64,000 nt of DNA from Podarcis vaucheri (taxonomy: Eukaryota). The stretch is from NCBI GenBank assembly GCA_965113315.1, contig OZ220366.1. One strand, written 5' to 3'. Numbering within the stretch: the first letter of the stretch is position 1; each line of letters starts with the position of its first letter. Positions 37,988-49,678 of the stretch are shown here, piece by piece. The notes beneath the pieces are model-generated. The model worked only from the letters and a program-made list of their open reading frames with translations. It was not told where the DNA came from and did no database searches. Position numbers and translations under genes: made by a program.

Positions 37988-40435
37988 TTTCAAGGAATTT
38001 GATGGTGAACAAAAATGGTGGCAACCTTAGTTACTTACAAAGGGTTCTATGCCTTGCTTTGGCAAGGAAAAGTGCCCCAATTTTCAGTCCTACTCAGAAG
38101 CAATAAATGCCTACAGCAAATCTCAGATGCGTCACAATTCTCTGAATCACTTGGTTAAACTTATACTGTTGTTTTGGTATAATTTCCATTTAAAGGCCAG
38201 TAGAGGTCTTCTGGCCTGCTGCTTTTGTGTTGCAATTTTCTCTCTTCGCTGTGAAGCTAATGAATTTTTACATACTCAGTCAAAAGGTTTCCCAAGGTCC
38301 TCTATTATTCATTTACATTAAACGGAATGAACTTGCACTTTAATTGCAGAGCATTAAATTACAGGTTGTTGGAAGTACTTTCTGTTTTTCTTTCTTTGCC
38401 TATACTGTTGATGCTCCTCCTGTATTAATGAATTCATTTGCAGCACCATAAACAAATGTTGAGTAAGGGTAATCCTTAACTGTTCCCTCCCCCTTCCTCT
38501 AATTTTGGTTTAATATTACAATATTATTCTGGATGCAAGCATGTATGCATGTGATCATCTCTCCTCCTCTTGATTTAAAATTCTTAAGACGAATTCTTAT
38601 TTGTCAAAAACTGGCAAGGCTAGAATGTAATGATAGTGTAGTGTAGTGGTTAAGGCTGCAGTCCTGTGGGCATTTTTTGGAGGAAGGAGAGGGCATGAAT
38701 CATAGTCAGTTGACTGTTGTTTGTCTTCAGAAGAATTACCAAGCAAATATTTTAGTTAAGAATATCTCTTGAACTCTCAAATATTTCTAGATCTCCTGTT
38801 GCTGCTGCCACCACCTTTATAGCAAGGGTTGAGAAACCTTGGTACCTGGCTTAATTTCCTTACTTTTCCTAATTTAATATGGGTGGTAATAGTCCAGAGG
38901 CAGAGGAAAGGCATGGGAAGGAAAAACAGAGGAGCTGTTGGTCCACCTGCAAATCTGGACTTGCCTGGATATGGTCCCCAAAAGATTATCCCTGAGGGAA
39001 TATGGTTTCCAACAGATAGAAGGCTCTGTGCCCCTGCTTGATGGGATGTTATGTGGTCAGTGTAGTTTTTTGCTTTATAAAATGGGATACCCAACACTCC
39101 AACCCTATGATCTTTGCTTTGCTGATAAAACACTATGGTGGTTTTCCTTTTCCTTTTTTTTGCCATTTCACTGATTTATGTGGCGCAAACCCAGGCCTAT
39201 CACTGAATGAGAACTCAACAGGGAGCTGCAACTAATCATGGTGCCCTGATGAGCGCATCTATTTCAAAATTGTGCTTATTATATTTACGCCCACATGAAA
39301 TCACATCTTACATGCAGCCTGAGGTTGATTTCCCTTATTGCTCCTTTAAAACAACAACAGCAGCAGACATTCTGAGTTAGGGACTGCAGGGGCTGCTTAG
39401 TTTCTTACCTTCTTCCAAAAGTTGCTCCCATCAAGTTTGTCATGAGTTTGAGCAGAAGCTAGGAGTTGGATATGGAGGCAGAAGAACCATCTTATGTACA
39501 GTGCTGTAGTGAGCTCAGTCTGTGCTAGTGGGCCACAGTTCCCAAAAACAGTGACCTTGAGGCAGCTCCTTCAGATCTAACCCCCCAGCAAATGGAGCTC
39601 CAGCATGCCAGGCCCCAACTTGTTCCCAGTGGCTGCTCATTGGTGCAGGGAGTGCATCATGTGAGAGCTAACTTAACTCTTGGCTCCAGGCGGCTTTTGA
39701 GGGCTACCTTGTGAAGTAGCTCAAAAAGGGGCATAGGGTCTCGATGGGGTAATCAGTGCTTGCAGGTATACAAGGAACCATTTGGAACTGGAAATCTCTT
39801 AGAACACATATATAACTTCTTGTCATCTGTCCATGGTTCTGAAAGCTTTGTGTCCTGACATTCTTCTCCACCAGATTCTGGGCCAAGGGTTATATATGCT
39901 TTCTCTCTCCAGATCACCCTTCTCCCTGGTTGTCTGTTGGTTCTGCCTGCCCCAAAGCAGGATGCAGCTGTTTTCACAGCCATGTGGAAATTTTAGACAG
40001 ACAAATGGCAGGAAGAGGAAAAGTTGAACACCCCTTCCTTCATATCACTCTCTCATCAGATGCAGTCCTCTGCGAGGATTAGGATATTGTCCCTCAGTAT
40101 GTTTGCCTAGGTCTTTGCTTGAACTTATAAAGGCTCTTAGTCAATATCCCTGTTCCACTTGAGATTTGTGTGAGCATGCATATTCCAAGCAATGACCTAG
40201 TTCTTAGAGCTGTATAATTTCAAAATCATGATATTTAATTCAGAAATGTTAAAAAATTGATTATGTCTCATATTTCCTATTCATATTGAGCAGAATCTGA
40301 TATGCTATTTGGCAGAACAGCAACATAATTACTGCCGGACTGTCAGCTGCTGGGGGACCCTTTTCACACACACACACACACACTGGCTGATATAAATAGG
40401 CATGTATTTGGCTAGGCAGGCACATTTATCCCATG

Positions 40436-42274
40436 TTGTTGTTGTTGTTGTTTAGTCGTTTAGTCGTGTCCGACTCTTCGTGACCCCATGGACCAGAGCA
40501 CGCCAGGCACTTCTGTCCTCCACTGCCTCCCGCAGTTTGATCAAACTCATGCTAGTAGCTTCAAGAACACCATCCAACCATCTCATTCTCTGTCGTCCCC
40601 TTCTCCTTGTGCCCTCCATCTTTCCCAACATCAGGGTCTTTTCCAGGGAGTCTTCTCTTCTCATGAGGTGGCCAAAGTATTGGAGCCTCAGCTTCACGAT
40701 CTGTCCTTCCAGTGAGCACTCAGGGCTGATTTCCTTCAGAATGGAGAGGTTTGATCTTCTTGCAGTCCATGGGACTCTCAAGAGTCTCCTCCAGCACCAT
40801 AATTCAAAAGCATCAATTCTTCGGCGATCAGCCTTCTTTATGGTCCAGCTCTCACTTCCATACATCACTACTGGGAAAACCATGGCTTTTACTATACGGA
40901 CCTTTGTTGGCAAGGTGATATCTCTGCTTTTTAAGATGTTGTCTAGGTTTGCCATCGCCCTTCTCCCAAGGAGCAGGCGTCTTTTAATTTCGTGACTGCT
41001 GTCACCATCTGCACTGATCATGGAGCCCAAGAAAGTAAAATCTCTCACTGCCTCCATTTCTTCCCCATCTATTTGCCAGGAGGTGATGGGCCCAGTGGCC
41101 ATGATCTTCGTTTTTTTGATGTTGAGCTTCAGACCATATTTTGCGCTCTCCTCTTTCACCCTCATTAAAAGGTTCTTTAATTCCTCTTCACTTTCTGCCA
41201 TCAAGGTTGTGTCATCTGCATATCTGAGGTTGTTGATATTTCTTCCGGCAATCTTAATTCCGGCTTGGGATTCATCCAGCCCAGCCTTTCGCATGATGAA
41301 TTCTGCATATAAGTTAAATAAGCAGGGAGACAATATACAGCCTTGCCGTACTCCTTTCCCAATTTGGAACCAATCAGTTGTTCCATATCCAGTTCTAACT
41401 GTAGCTTCTTGTCCCACATAGAGATTTCGCAGGAGACAGATGAGGTGATCAGGCACTCCCATTTCTTTAAGAACTTGCCATAGTTTGCTGTGGTCGACAC
41501 AGTCAAAGGCTTTTGCATAGTCAATGAAGCAGAAGTAGATGTCTTTCTGGAACTCTCTAGCTTTCTCCATAATCCAGCGCATGTTTGCAATTTGGTCTCT
41601 GGTTCCTCTGCCTCTTCTAAATCCAGCTTGCACTTCTGGGAGTTCTCGGTCCACATACTGCTTGAGCCTTCCTTGTAGAATTTTAAGCATAACCTTGCTA
41701 GCGTGTGAAATGAGTGCAATTGTGCGGTAGTTGGAGCATTCTTTGGCACTGCCCTTCTTTGGGATTGGGATGTAGACTGATCTTCTCCAATCCTCTGGCC
41801 ACTGCTGAGTTTTCCAAACTTGCTGGCATATTGAGTGTAGCACCTTAACAGCATCATCTTTTAAAATTTTAAACAGTTCAGCTGGAATACCATCACTTCC
41901 ACTGGCCTTGTTATTTGCAGTGCTTTCTAAGGCCCATTTGACTTCACTCTCCAGGATGTCTGGCTCAAGGTCAGCAACCACACTACCTGGGGTGTACGAG
42001 ACATCCATATCTTTCTGGTATAATTCCTCTGTGTATTCTTGCCACCTCTTCTTGATGTCTTCTGCTTCAGTTAGATCTTTACCACTTTTGTCCTTTATTA
42101 TGGTAATCTTTGTACGAAATGTTCCTTTCATATTTCCGATTTTCTTGAACAGTTCTCTGGTTCTTCCCATTCTGTTGCTTTCCTCTATTTCTTTGCATTG
42201 CTCGTTTAAGAAGGCCTTCTTGTCTCTCCTTGCTGTTCTTTGGAAATCTGCATTCAATTTCCTGTATCTTTCAC
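40436..42274 (-). mobile_element. BovB (RTE clade) LINE, 5'-truncated
   Basis: (CAA)n tail directly after the ORF stop. Perfect 9-bp TSD tatcccatg (40427-40435 / 42275-42283). The protein carries BovB hallmarks. Confidence 0.97.
40452..42257 (-). CDS. BovB reverse transcriptase (C-terminal 601 aa; endonuclease domain missing)
   Basis: Uninterrupted frame with NYRTIALISH, QAGFRRGR, FIDYAKAFD, GVRQGCILSP, LRYADD and the BovB terminus HGVTKSRTRLND. Confidence 0.95.
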   Translation of the reverse strand: MNADFQRTARRDKKAFLNEQCKEIEESNRMGRTRELFKKIGNMKGTFRTKITIIKDKSGKDLTEAEDIKKRWQEYTEELYQKDMDVSYTPGSVVADLEPDILESEVKWALESTANNKASGSDGIPAELFKILKDDAVKVLHSICQQVWKTQQWPEDWRRSVYIPIPKKGSAKECSNYRTIALISHASKVMLKILQGRLKQYVDRELPEVQAGFRRGRGTRDQIANMRWIMEKAREFQKDIYFCFIDYAKAFDCVDHSKLWQVLKEMGVPDHLICLLRNLYVGQEATVRTGYGTTDWFQIGKGVRQGCILSPCLFNLYAEFIMRKAGLDESQAGIKIAGRNINNLRYADDTTLMAESEEELKNLLMRVKEESAKYGLKLNIKKTKIMATGPITSWQIDGEEMEAVRDFTFLGSMISADGDSSHEIKRRLLLGRRAMANLDNILKSRDITLPTKVRIVKAMVFPVVMYGSESWTIKKADRRRIDAFELWCWRRLLRVPWTARRSNLSILKEISPECSLEGQIVKLRLQYFGHLMRREDSLEKTLMLGKMEGTRRRGRQRMRWLDGVLEATSMSLIKLREAVEDRSAWRALVHGVTKSRTRLND

Positions 42275-44269
42275 TATCCCATGGATAACCCTTAACTGCA
42301 CCACTGGTTATCAGTGAGCTGAACCAAGATGCAAACTGAATCTTGCCTTTTTCCCACCTGGAAATAACAGACTGGACTTCTTGGACAAATGTCTACATAG
42401 AGTAATTCACAATCATATAGAGGAACCATGTGAAGATGGGAGGCAGATGGCCATGCAGATATTGTTCATGAAGCACTTGTTAGTGCATGCAGTTGCTTAT
42501 CCAATTTGGGATGTACACAAAGAAGCTTGTCTCGGAACTTGAAATATGGGTCCCCCCAACAAAAATTTAAAATTCGGCTTTGTAATTCGGAATTTATGTG
42601 ATGTGATGTGATTTGATTTGATTGGTCGGTTAATAAAAATTATTAAAAAACAACAACAAAGAAGCTTGTCTCCATACTTGTATGGACGCAAGATGGATTT
42701 GTATGTGGGCATGAGTGCATTCTCCCACTGGGCTCCCACAGAACTGACTGAATGCAATGGGGGTGTGTGTGTTGATGACAGATTTAGCCATTTAGAGGCG
42801 GTGTGGTGTGGTAGATATAACATTGGACAGAGAAGACATTTGCGCACTTTTCTGCAGAGTCGCAAAGCTCAGGAGTTGATCCTGGACCAGTTTATGAAGC
42901 AGGCTATCCTATTTCACAAGGTTGTTATAAGAATAACTTGGGAGGGGGCTCTGGCCTCATTGCTGGAAAGATGGACTAAATATATTATAAATTATAAATA
43001 AATGTCTTTGTCAATTCCTTAATGTAAATTTCTTTGAGACTATTAGAAATCTAACAAAGTGAATCATCATTATTAAGGATAATTAATTAAAATGCATGTG
43101 ATTTTTGTGAGTTTTCTTCTCCAATCTATAAATATATAGCCTAAAGAAAAAAAAATGAACATTATATTTTAAATCAAAATTAAATTACATTTCTGAAAGA
43201 AGAAACATTTCTAAAACTATGTAGATGCTATGATCCTTAAACTGGAAATACTGCATTGGAAGCAGACTTCCCATGTTTAAAAGTAAGCCCACTGAAAGCA
43301 TGACTATTCTATTTTTTTTCCAGTGGGTCTACTCAAAGTATGACTACCTCTGGATGTAGCCCATTGCCACAGGTGTACTGGGACTTGTTGTGGTTACTCA
43401 GTAATGAACACAAGGCATTATGCATATGCTCAGAAGCATTTTATAATTGTTTCTGTTCAGCACTGAGCCACTGGAAATAACACTGGTGCTCTATTTTACT
43501 GTGTTCTGCCTACAGTTAGCTCCTACTCCTAATTCATATTCTAATAGCATTATGTCTGCGATCCACAGGTTACTTTAAGGCAATCTTACTGAGATTGCAT
43601 CAGGAGAGGCAGAAGAACAGTTACTTGCTCACCTGAAGCCTCGCAGCACAATTTACTGTAATTGTAGATTGTAGAGAAAATTGTAGTTATCATAAGCATC
43701 TTGAACATAAGCTAGTATATCTGGAAGGCCCACATGTAAGTAAGCAAGTAAGTAGGGCTGCAACTTTAGTTGGACAGCAGGACTGGCACATGACATTAGT
43801 TACAGGAGATATCACTTATTTAAATGAGACTTAGCCTGGTGCTAACCCTTTTATACTTGGAAGTGTTTCCTATTGACTATGCATAATATTGTAGCAGCAA
43901 GCCCCTCCACCTTCCTCTGAATTGTGCCCATCTAAATTTATTAGCTCTTCTGGATAGGGTTTTCATGTGATCATGTGATTAATTGGTTAGAAACAATGTA
44001 ATTGGCAATGACTAATTTTTAAAAAGTGGCTTTTAAAAGATAAAAAGTACAGTGCAATTGGGAGTCATGCAGGATAAATGAAAGAAATCTTGCACTCATT
44101 TCTCTCTGTCTTTTGTTTTCTGTTTCACAGGTTTTTAGTTCTGGGGTGAGAAATGGTGCAATAACTCTTCTGGAAATGTATGTCAGGCCTGTAAGATTAT
44201 CTGTGTCCTCAAACTGCCTCTTGTCTACTCTCCGGGCATGTGGCATCACTCTTGAACTGTCTTGCAAGG

Positions 44270-44800
44270 GTGTTCAGTGCTAGTCTAAGATGACCTCTTT
44301 ATTTTTCATTTGTCGATAATTTGCCAATAGCTTAGCGTGCATCTGCTTAATGAGAAGTTTGAAGAAGAGCTAGATTGCCAGATGGCCAGTTTGCTTAAAA
44401 GCTGTTTCCATCTGATTAAGGCCAAGGACGGCTGGCAAAACAAAGGAGAGGATTGTTGACATTGAATGAATGGGCAGATGCCAGACGAAGAATATAAGAT
44501 GCCATTTCTGAAACAAGGAGAACACTAAGGTCAAATTATGGGGGTAATCAGCACTAAAACAATGAAAGTGGCAAACAAATGGCTTAATTTATGGCGGCTC
44601 TGTTTTGAGATGCTGTGAAATTGACAGTTTCCATCTTCTGACCTAGTTGGCCACTTGTGCAAACAATAGGTAACGTTGTCATCTTTGAGAAGTGGTCAGA
44701 TGGCACTAATGATCAGACATTCATTTTAGCAGTTCATGGCAATCATGAAAGAGAAACAAGCAACTGAGATATTAAAAACTTCTGCTGAAAGTTTTGCGTC
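44270..44800. promoter_or_regulatory. Candidate enhancer (bHLH E-box and Sox site cluster)
   Basis: Five CAGATG/CATCTG and four AACAAW/ATTGTT sites plus TTTATGG and TGACAG, in TE-free sequence. Activity is inferred only. Confidence 0.45.
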
Positions 44801-46824
44801 TTAGAAAACACATCATTTTATTTCTTATTATATTCATTAATATTTTTCTTTCACTTTTCTTTCATGGAGTTCAGGGGATGTGCACTCCATTTTATCCCTG
44901 CAGCAAGCCTGTTGAAAATTTGGAGTGAGTTCATTCACGAGCAATTTCATACACAAAATAAGCACATCACACATAAATGTCTCCATGTAGAGTACAGCTT
45001 TACATTTGCATTTGAGATGTGTAGGGAAGGGTGACATACTATTTGAATGGATTGCGTCCAAAATGGGCCTTTAGCCTTCCTTTAGCATTCTATGTGGTAA
45101 GCAGGCTTTTGTAAATCCTCTGCTAATGTCTCCCCAACTTCCCAGGGAAGGAAGTTCTGGATTTACACAGAACCATCCGGACATTATTCTGCTTTATTAG
45201 TTGTTCTGAGATGGTTCCCCAACATTACCACTTCAGTGCTATCTGCAGAGGCACCTTTGCACTATAGAACAACAAAGGAAGAGGGAAATAACCTGAACTT
45301 TCAATACCCCTAAGACTTTTGTGGTGTAAAAACAGGATTTCAGCAGGAAGCTATGGAACATGCACTGGTTGGAAATGAAGCTGTGGCCCCCCAACCTTTG
45401 CAAATGCAAACAACATTGCAAGTGATATGGCATACAACTGGCTTGCTAGCATCCTGAACACAAACCATCATGAATGCACAATTCCAAGGCTGTCTGGGGA
45501 TGCCCTATACTTCCTTACATATCACTAATGTTTTCTTTTGCAATGCTGTAGCACTAAATACATATTTGCTCCTATAACAGTCTTAGGATTTCATCAAAAG
45601 GCCATACACCTATGCTTGCTTGAGTTCCGCTGAAATCAATAGGACTTCCTTCAAACAAATTTATATAAGATTGCAGCATAAGTGCCATTGACTTCAGCTG
45701 GACTAAAATGGCCTTAAATACAAGCCCTCCAGTTGTATGGTTTGTTGATTGCAACCTTAGGCAGGGGAGAGAAATGATAATGACACAGTTATTCATAGGC
45801 AAGTGCTTTTAAGATTTCAGCCCGTAGACTAAATGTTGTTGCAGAGTACTTCATAAAGTACTAATTCCCCAGTGCAGAACTATAGCAAGAACCTTTCTCC
45901 TGTTAAATTAATTGCCTGCTTAATAAACACATCAAGTGAACAGAGAGGGTTGTTTTTTAATTGATTCACTTCCTGGAAGTCCAGCTATTGACAAAGGCTA
46001 TTCCCAGCCAATCTATATGCTAACATTGATTTTGGTAATGATGAAAGAAATACACTTTAACAGGACGTAATGTCATGGGTGAATTTTAATGAACCAAACA
46101 AACTGTCCTTTAGTTTTATTAAGGACAGTCATCTCCTTCTTTTCTCCCACGAGTGTTTATTAACAATATAGAAAACATCTTCTATTATAATGTCTGACAC
46201 ATTTGCAAGTCTCTCTGCCGGCCTGTTTGCCTTCTCCTCCTGAACTGTTGTGCTGATGGATGTGATAGAGATGCTTTAGAAAAGCAGAGAGGGGTGGAAG
46301 GTAATTAATAATGTTTTGGGAGGCTGCAAACTTTCACTTAGGAAAAAGCTCTCAAATGTCCTTCCCTCCTAGGCCCTCCATAAGGCAATTGGACTAGGGA
46401 AGGTTGAGATATCTCCCACCTGTTCAAGTAATGCATTAGGTGCGAACACCACTCCTGCTGGTCACATCTTACTTTTCATCTGCATTGTAGCATGTGTGTG
46501 GAGGGGCTCTACACCATTATCAACTCCCCACACAAGGGGGCATTCTGACTGGGTCAGGTTTCCTCTTATGTGGAGGTTCTCTACACACAATGCACCTAGA
46601 GCCCGTCCTCACATGTGCTTTAATGCATGGATGGCAAGCTAGTTTATGTGGCCCTGTGACCTCCACTCACACATTCCTTGAACACAGATCAAGAAGGAAA
46701 TGTATGAACCCTCTTTCAGTGCCACTTTTCCATGCCAAGGTTGCTGTACCCCCTTTGTCCAAATTTGCATCAGGGATGCAATGATGGCTCTGTGGAGATT
46801 TCCTAGGTTCCAGTTGAATATCAT

Positions 46825-46950
46825 GTGGGGATTATTGGTTTGTTTTATTCTATATTTTGTGCTTTCATTTTGTATTTTTATGTGGTGAACTGGCCTGTGA
46901 TCTTCGGATGAAGGGTGGTATGCAAATTTAACTAACAACAACAGCAACAT
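46825..46950 (+). mobile_element. L2 3' tail remnant
   Basis: T-rich UTR then gtgaactggcctgtgatcttcggatgaagggtggtatgcaaattt and (AAC)n; homologous to 28010-28133. Confidence 0.7.
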
Positions 46951-47011
46951 AAGCAGCCATTACTCCAATCACCACAAACTTTTCAGACCTAATTTCAAGA
47001 CAACAGTGTGG

Positions 47012-47128
47012 TGAAGGTTCTAGGTTCAATGCTGGGCATCTCCAAGTATGAAAAGAAGAGTCAGTGTAGCTAATATTGTGCTAGATGGCCCAGTGGTCTG
47101 ACTCCGTTCAAGACAGCTTCCGATGTAC
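47012..47128 (+). mobile_element. Deleted Squam2-like SINE remnant
   Basis: gaaggttctaggttcaatgctgggcatctcca ... gctagatggcccagtggtctgactc. Confidence 0.55.
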
Positions 47129-48098
47129 CCAGAACTCATTCCCTGCTCTTCTATACCTCATCATGATGGCCATAACTACATACATTTTCCCAGGTTTGGG
47201 TGGCCAACTGCCTAGTTAACAAATAAATTACAAAGGTTAGCCAACCCTATTCTAGTTTTTACAAAAATTCAAGGATCTGCTCCTCACGACTTGCCCCTCC
47301 CCAACAAAGCTTTGTAAAAGAAGAAGAAGAAGAAGCAGTTAATAAACTAGCAGACTCTGAGGCTCGAAGTAAAGCTTAGGAGTGCAATTCCACACATAAC
47401 AGCTGTGAAGAAGATATAAACGAGCACAGACGTCTGCAGAAGGAATTTCACACATTTGTACAATGGATCAAATTGTTAACCTGCTAGATTAGGTGCAGCA
47501 AAGCAACAAAGATTTCACATTTCTAATGTGTTTATGTCTGTGGCAGATTTCTGATGTTTCTAATGTTCTAGGGTTTTAGAACCATGTCCAAAACCAGGAA
47601 TTGGATACTACTTCCAATTTCTATGGGCTTTTATTTTTATTCCCCCCCCCAAAGCATGCTGGTTGTTGCTTTTCCCCCAGGAGCTGGGGGTTGGTTGGTT
47701 TATGATCTTTGGATGAGAGATCATCAGCTTGGTGGCCTTCGAGCCAAGTCTCTCCCACTGGGCTTTGACCCTTGGCTGTGAGCCTGGAGGAAAAAGCGAA
47801 TTGTGTAAAAAGGCATGGAACTGATGCAAGAGAGATGGTGGTCTCACCCTCTTCCACATCCACCTTAAAAGTGTAATCCATGTAAAATAAGGCTGCATAT
47901 ACTCCATACTTTTAGAGCACCCCCTCCCAAAATCCTGAGAAGCGTAGTTTACCCCTTGCAAAGCTACCATTCCCAGCACCCTCAACAAGCTTTCCCCAGT
48001 ATTCTTTGGAGGGGTATGTTTTTGTTTTAAATGCTTTTAAACGTATGGTATTTATGGACCTTGAGCTGCTGACCTCTAAGTTACTTAGAGGATAAGTA

Positions 48099-48340
48099 CA
48101 GTGGTACCTCGGGTTACATACGCTTCAGGTTACATACACTTCAGGTTACAGACTCTGCTAACCCAGAAATAGTGCTTCAGGTTAAGAACTTTGCTTCAGG
48201 ATAAGAACAGGAATTGTGCTCTGGCAGCACGGCAGCAGCAGGAGGCCCCATTAGCTAAAGTGGTGCTTCAGGTTAAGAACAGTTTCAGGTTAAGAACGGA
48301 CCTCCGGAATGAATTAAGTACTTAACCCGAGGTACCACTA
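48099..48340. mobile_element. Non-autonomous Tc1/mariner (pogo/Tigger-like) MITE
   Basis: TIRs cagtggtacctcgggtta ... taacccgaggtaccacta, TA flanks and internal cttcaggtta repeats. Confidence 0.92.
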
Positions 48341-49535
48341 TATGTCTAAGATACTTAAATCCATTATTATTTTAATATAGGCACTAAAAGTTGCTGTGCA
48401 GCAGCACATTGTATCCTCTGTGCCTTGATGAACACCAGCTTCTGTGGGCCTAAAGAAATTGTTCAGTCATGTCATGAATGGCAGCAGGCTACCTAAGCCC
48501 TGGAATTAAGTAAGTGTTAGAAAATGTCAGGCCAACTATTGACTACTGGGTGTTGTGTTTTTCCTGAAAAATCTACCCAACTCTGAGAAAGGGAGGGGCA
48601 AGAAGAGAAGAAAGGGGCTTGTGCAACCAAATAATATTTCATTGTTGAAAAAAACAACCTGCAGGGCTTGGAAATGCTCTTTCCCAACCCCAGATTTTAT
48701 GCACGCCACAATTCTTTTTAAGATAGTTGTTTCTTGTTGCAGCCTATGGCGGAAGGAAGGAAGGAAGGGACGGAGGGACTACTGAAATAGTTATGAACTT
48801 ATGATGATCTCCTATGCTGGGTCCAGGGAATAGCATCTCCTCTGTGAAAGATCCTACAACAATGGCTGAAGAATGCACAATGAACTTATATTTCTCTCAG
48901 CTGCAAATGCAAGCCAGGAGATTCCATTATTCTTCCCCCCCCCAACAGTGACCAGCCAGATGCCCCTTAGAATTTCATAAGCAGGGAATATAGGCAATTA
49001 TCCCAATTGGCATTAGTATTTGATGCTCAGGGCTACCTCTAAACTAAACCAATGACATTCATCTTGTTATTTCATTGGCTTTCACTATTAAATGTCTTCA
49101 CTTTTTAGCTCATTGGTTAAGATTGTATTTGTTTGGTTACTGAGCCGAAGCTAGTTTGTTACAAAGCAGGCCACACCATGTCTACTCAGAAGTAAGTCCA
49201 GTTGAATTCACTCTCAGGTAAGGGGGCTAGGAGTGTAGTCTTAAGTTATTGTGAGTCGCCTGGTTTTCATTTGCCACTGAATTCAATTGGAAATTCAATC
49301 CTGTTTTCTAATGTTTCTTTCACACAGCAGGACCTAATGTTTTATGGAATTGTGGCTTTTAGACCAATATACTGGCATGTCATGCTAGATTTCATCGACA
49401 CCTATCAATGTCTTAACCACTTAAAATTGTCATGCAAATATTCTTTATTCTAGAACCTTAGAAAGCACACTGAAGGCAATCCACAGGCTGCTTCTCCTGG
49501 TTTCTTAGTTGTTTCAGTAGGATAACTGCTAAAGG

Positions 49536-49678
49536 CAGTGCTTTATTCCTAAAAAACATGTTTAGGGGTACTGTCATTTGGACTCAGGAAAATCACCATT
49601 TTATAGTTCAAATACAGTAAATGGACAAAAGATTCACAAAATGTTTAGGGGTATGTGTACCCCTAGAAAAAAGCACTG
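49536..49678. mobile_element. hAT-type MITE, 143 bp
   Basis: TIRs cagtgcttt ... aaagcactg and a perfect 8-bp TSD gctaaagg (49528-49535 / 49679-49686). Confidence 0.92.

Noticed and set aside
40480-42288. Multiple plus-strand ORFs (171, 133, 126 aa) and an alternate-frame 218-aa ORF
   Set aside because: They are antisense or off-frame shadows of the BovB RT coding sequence.
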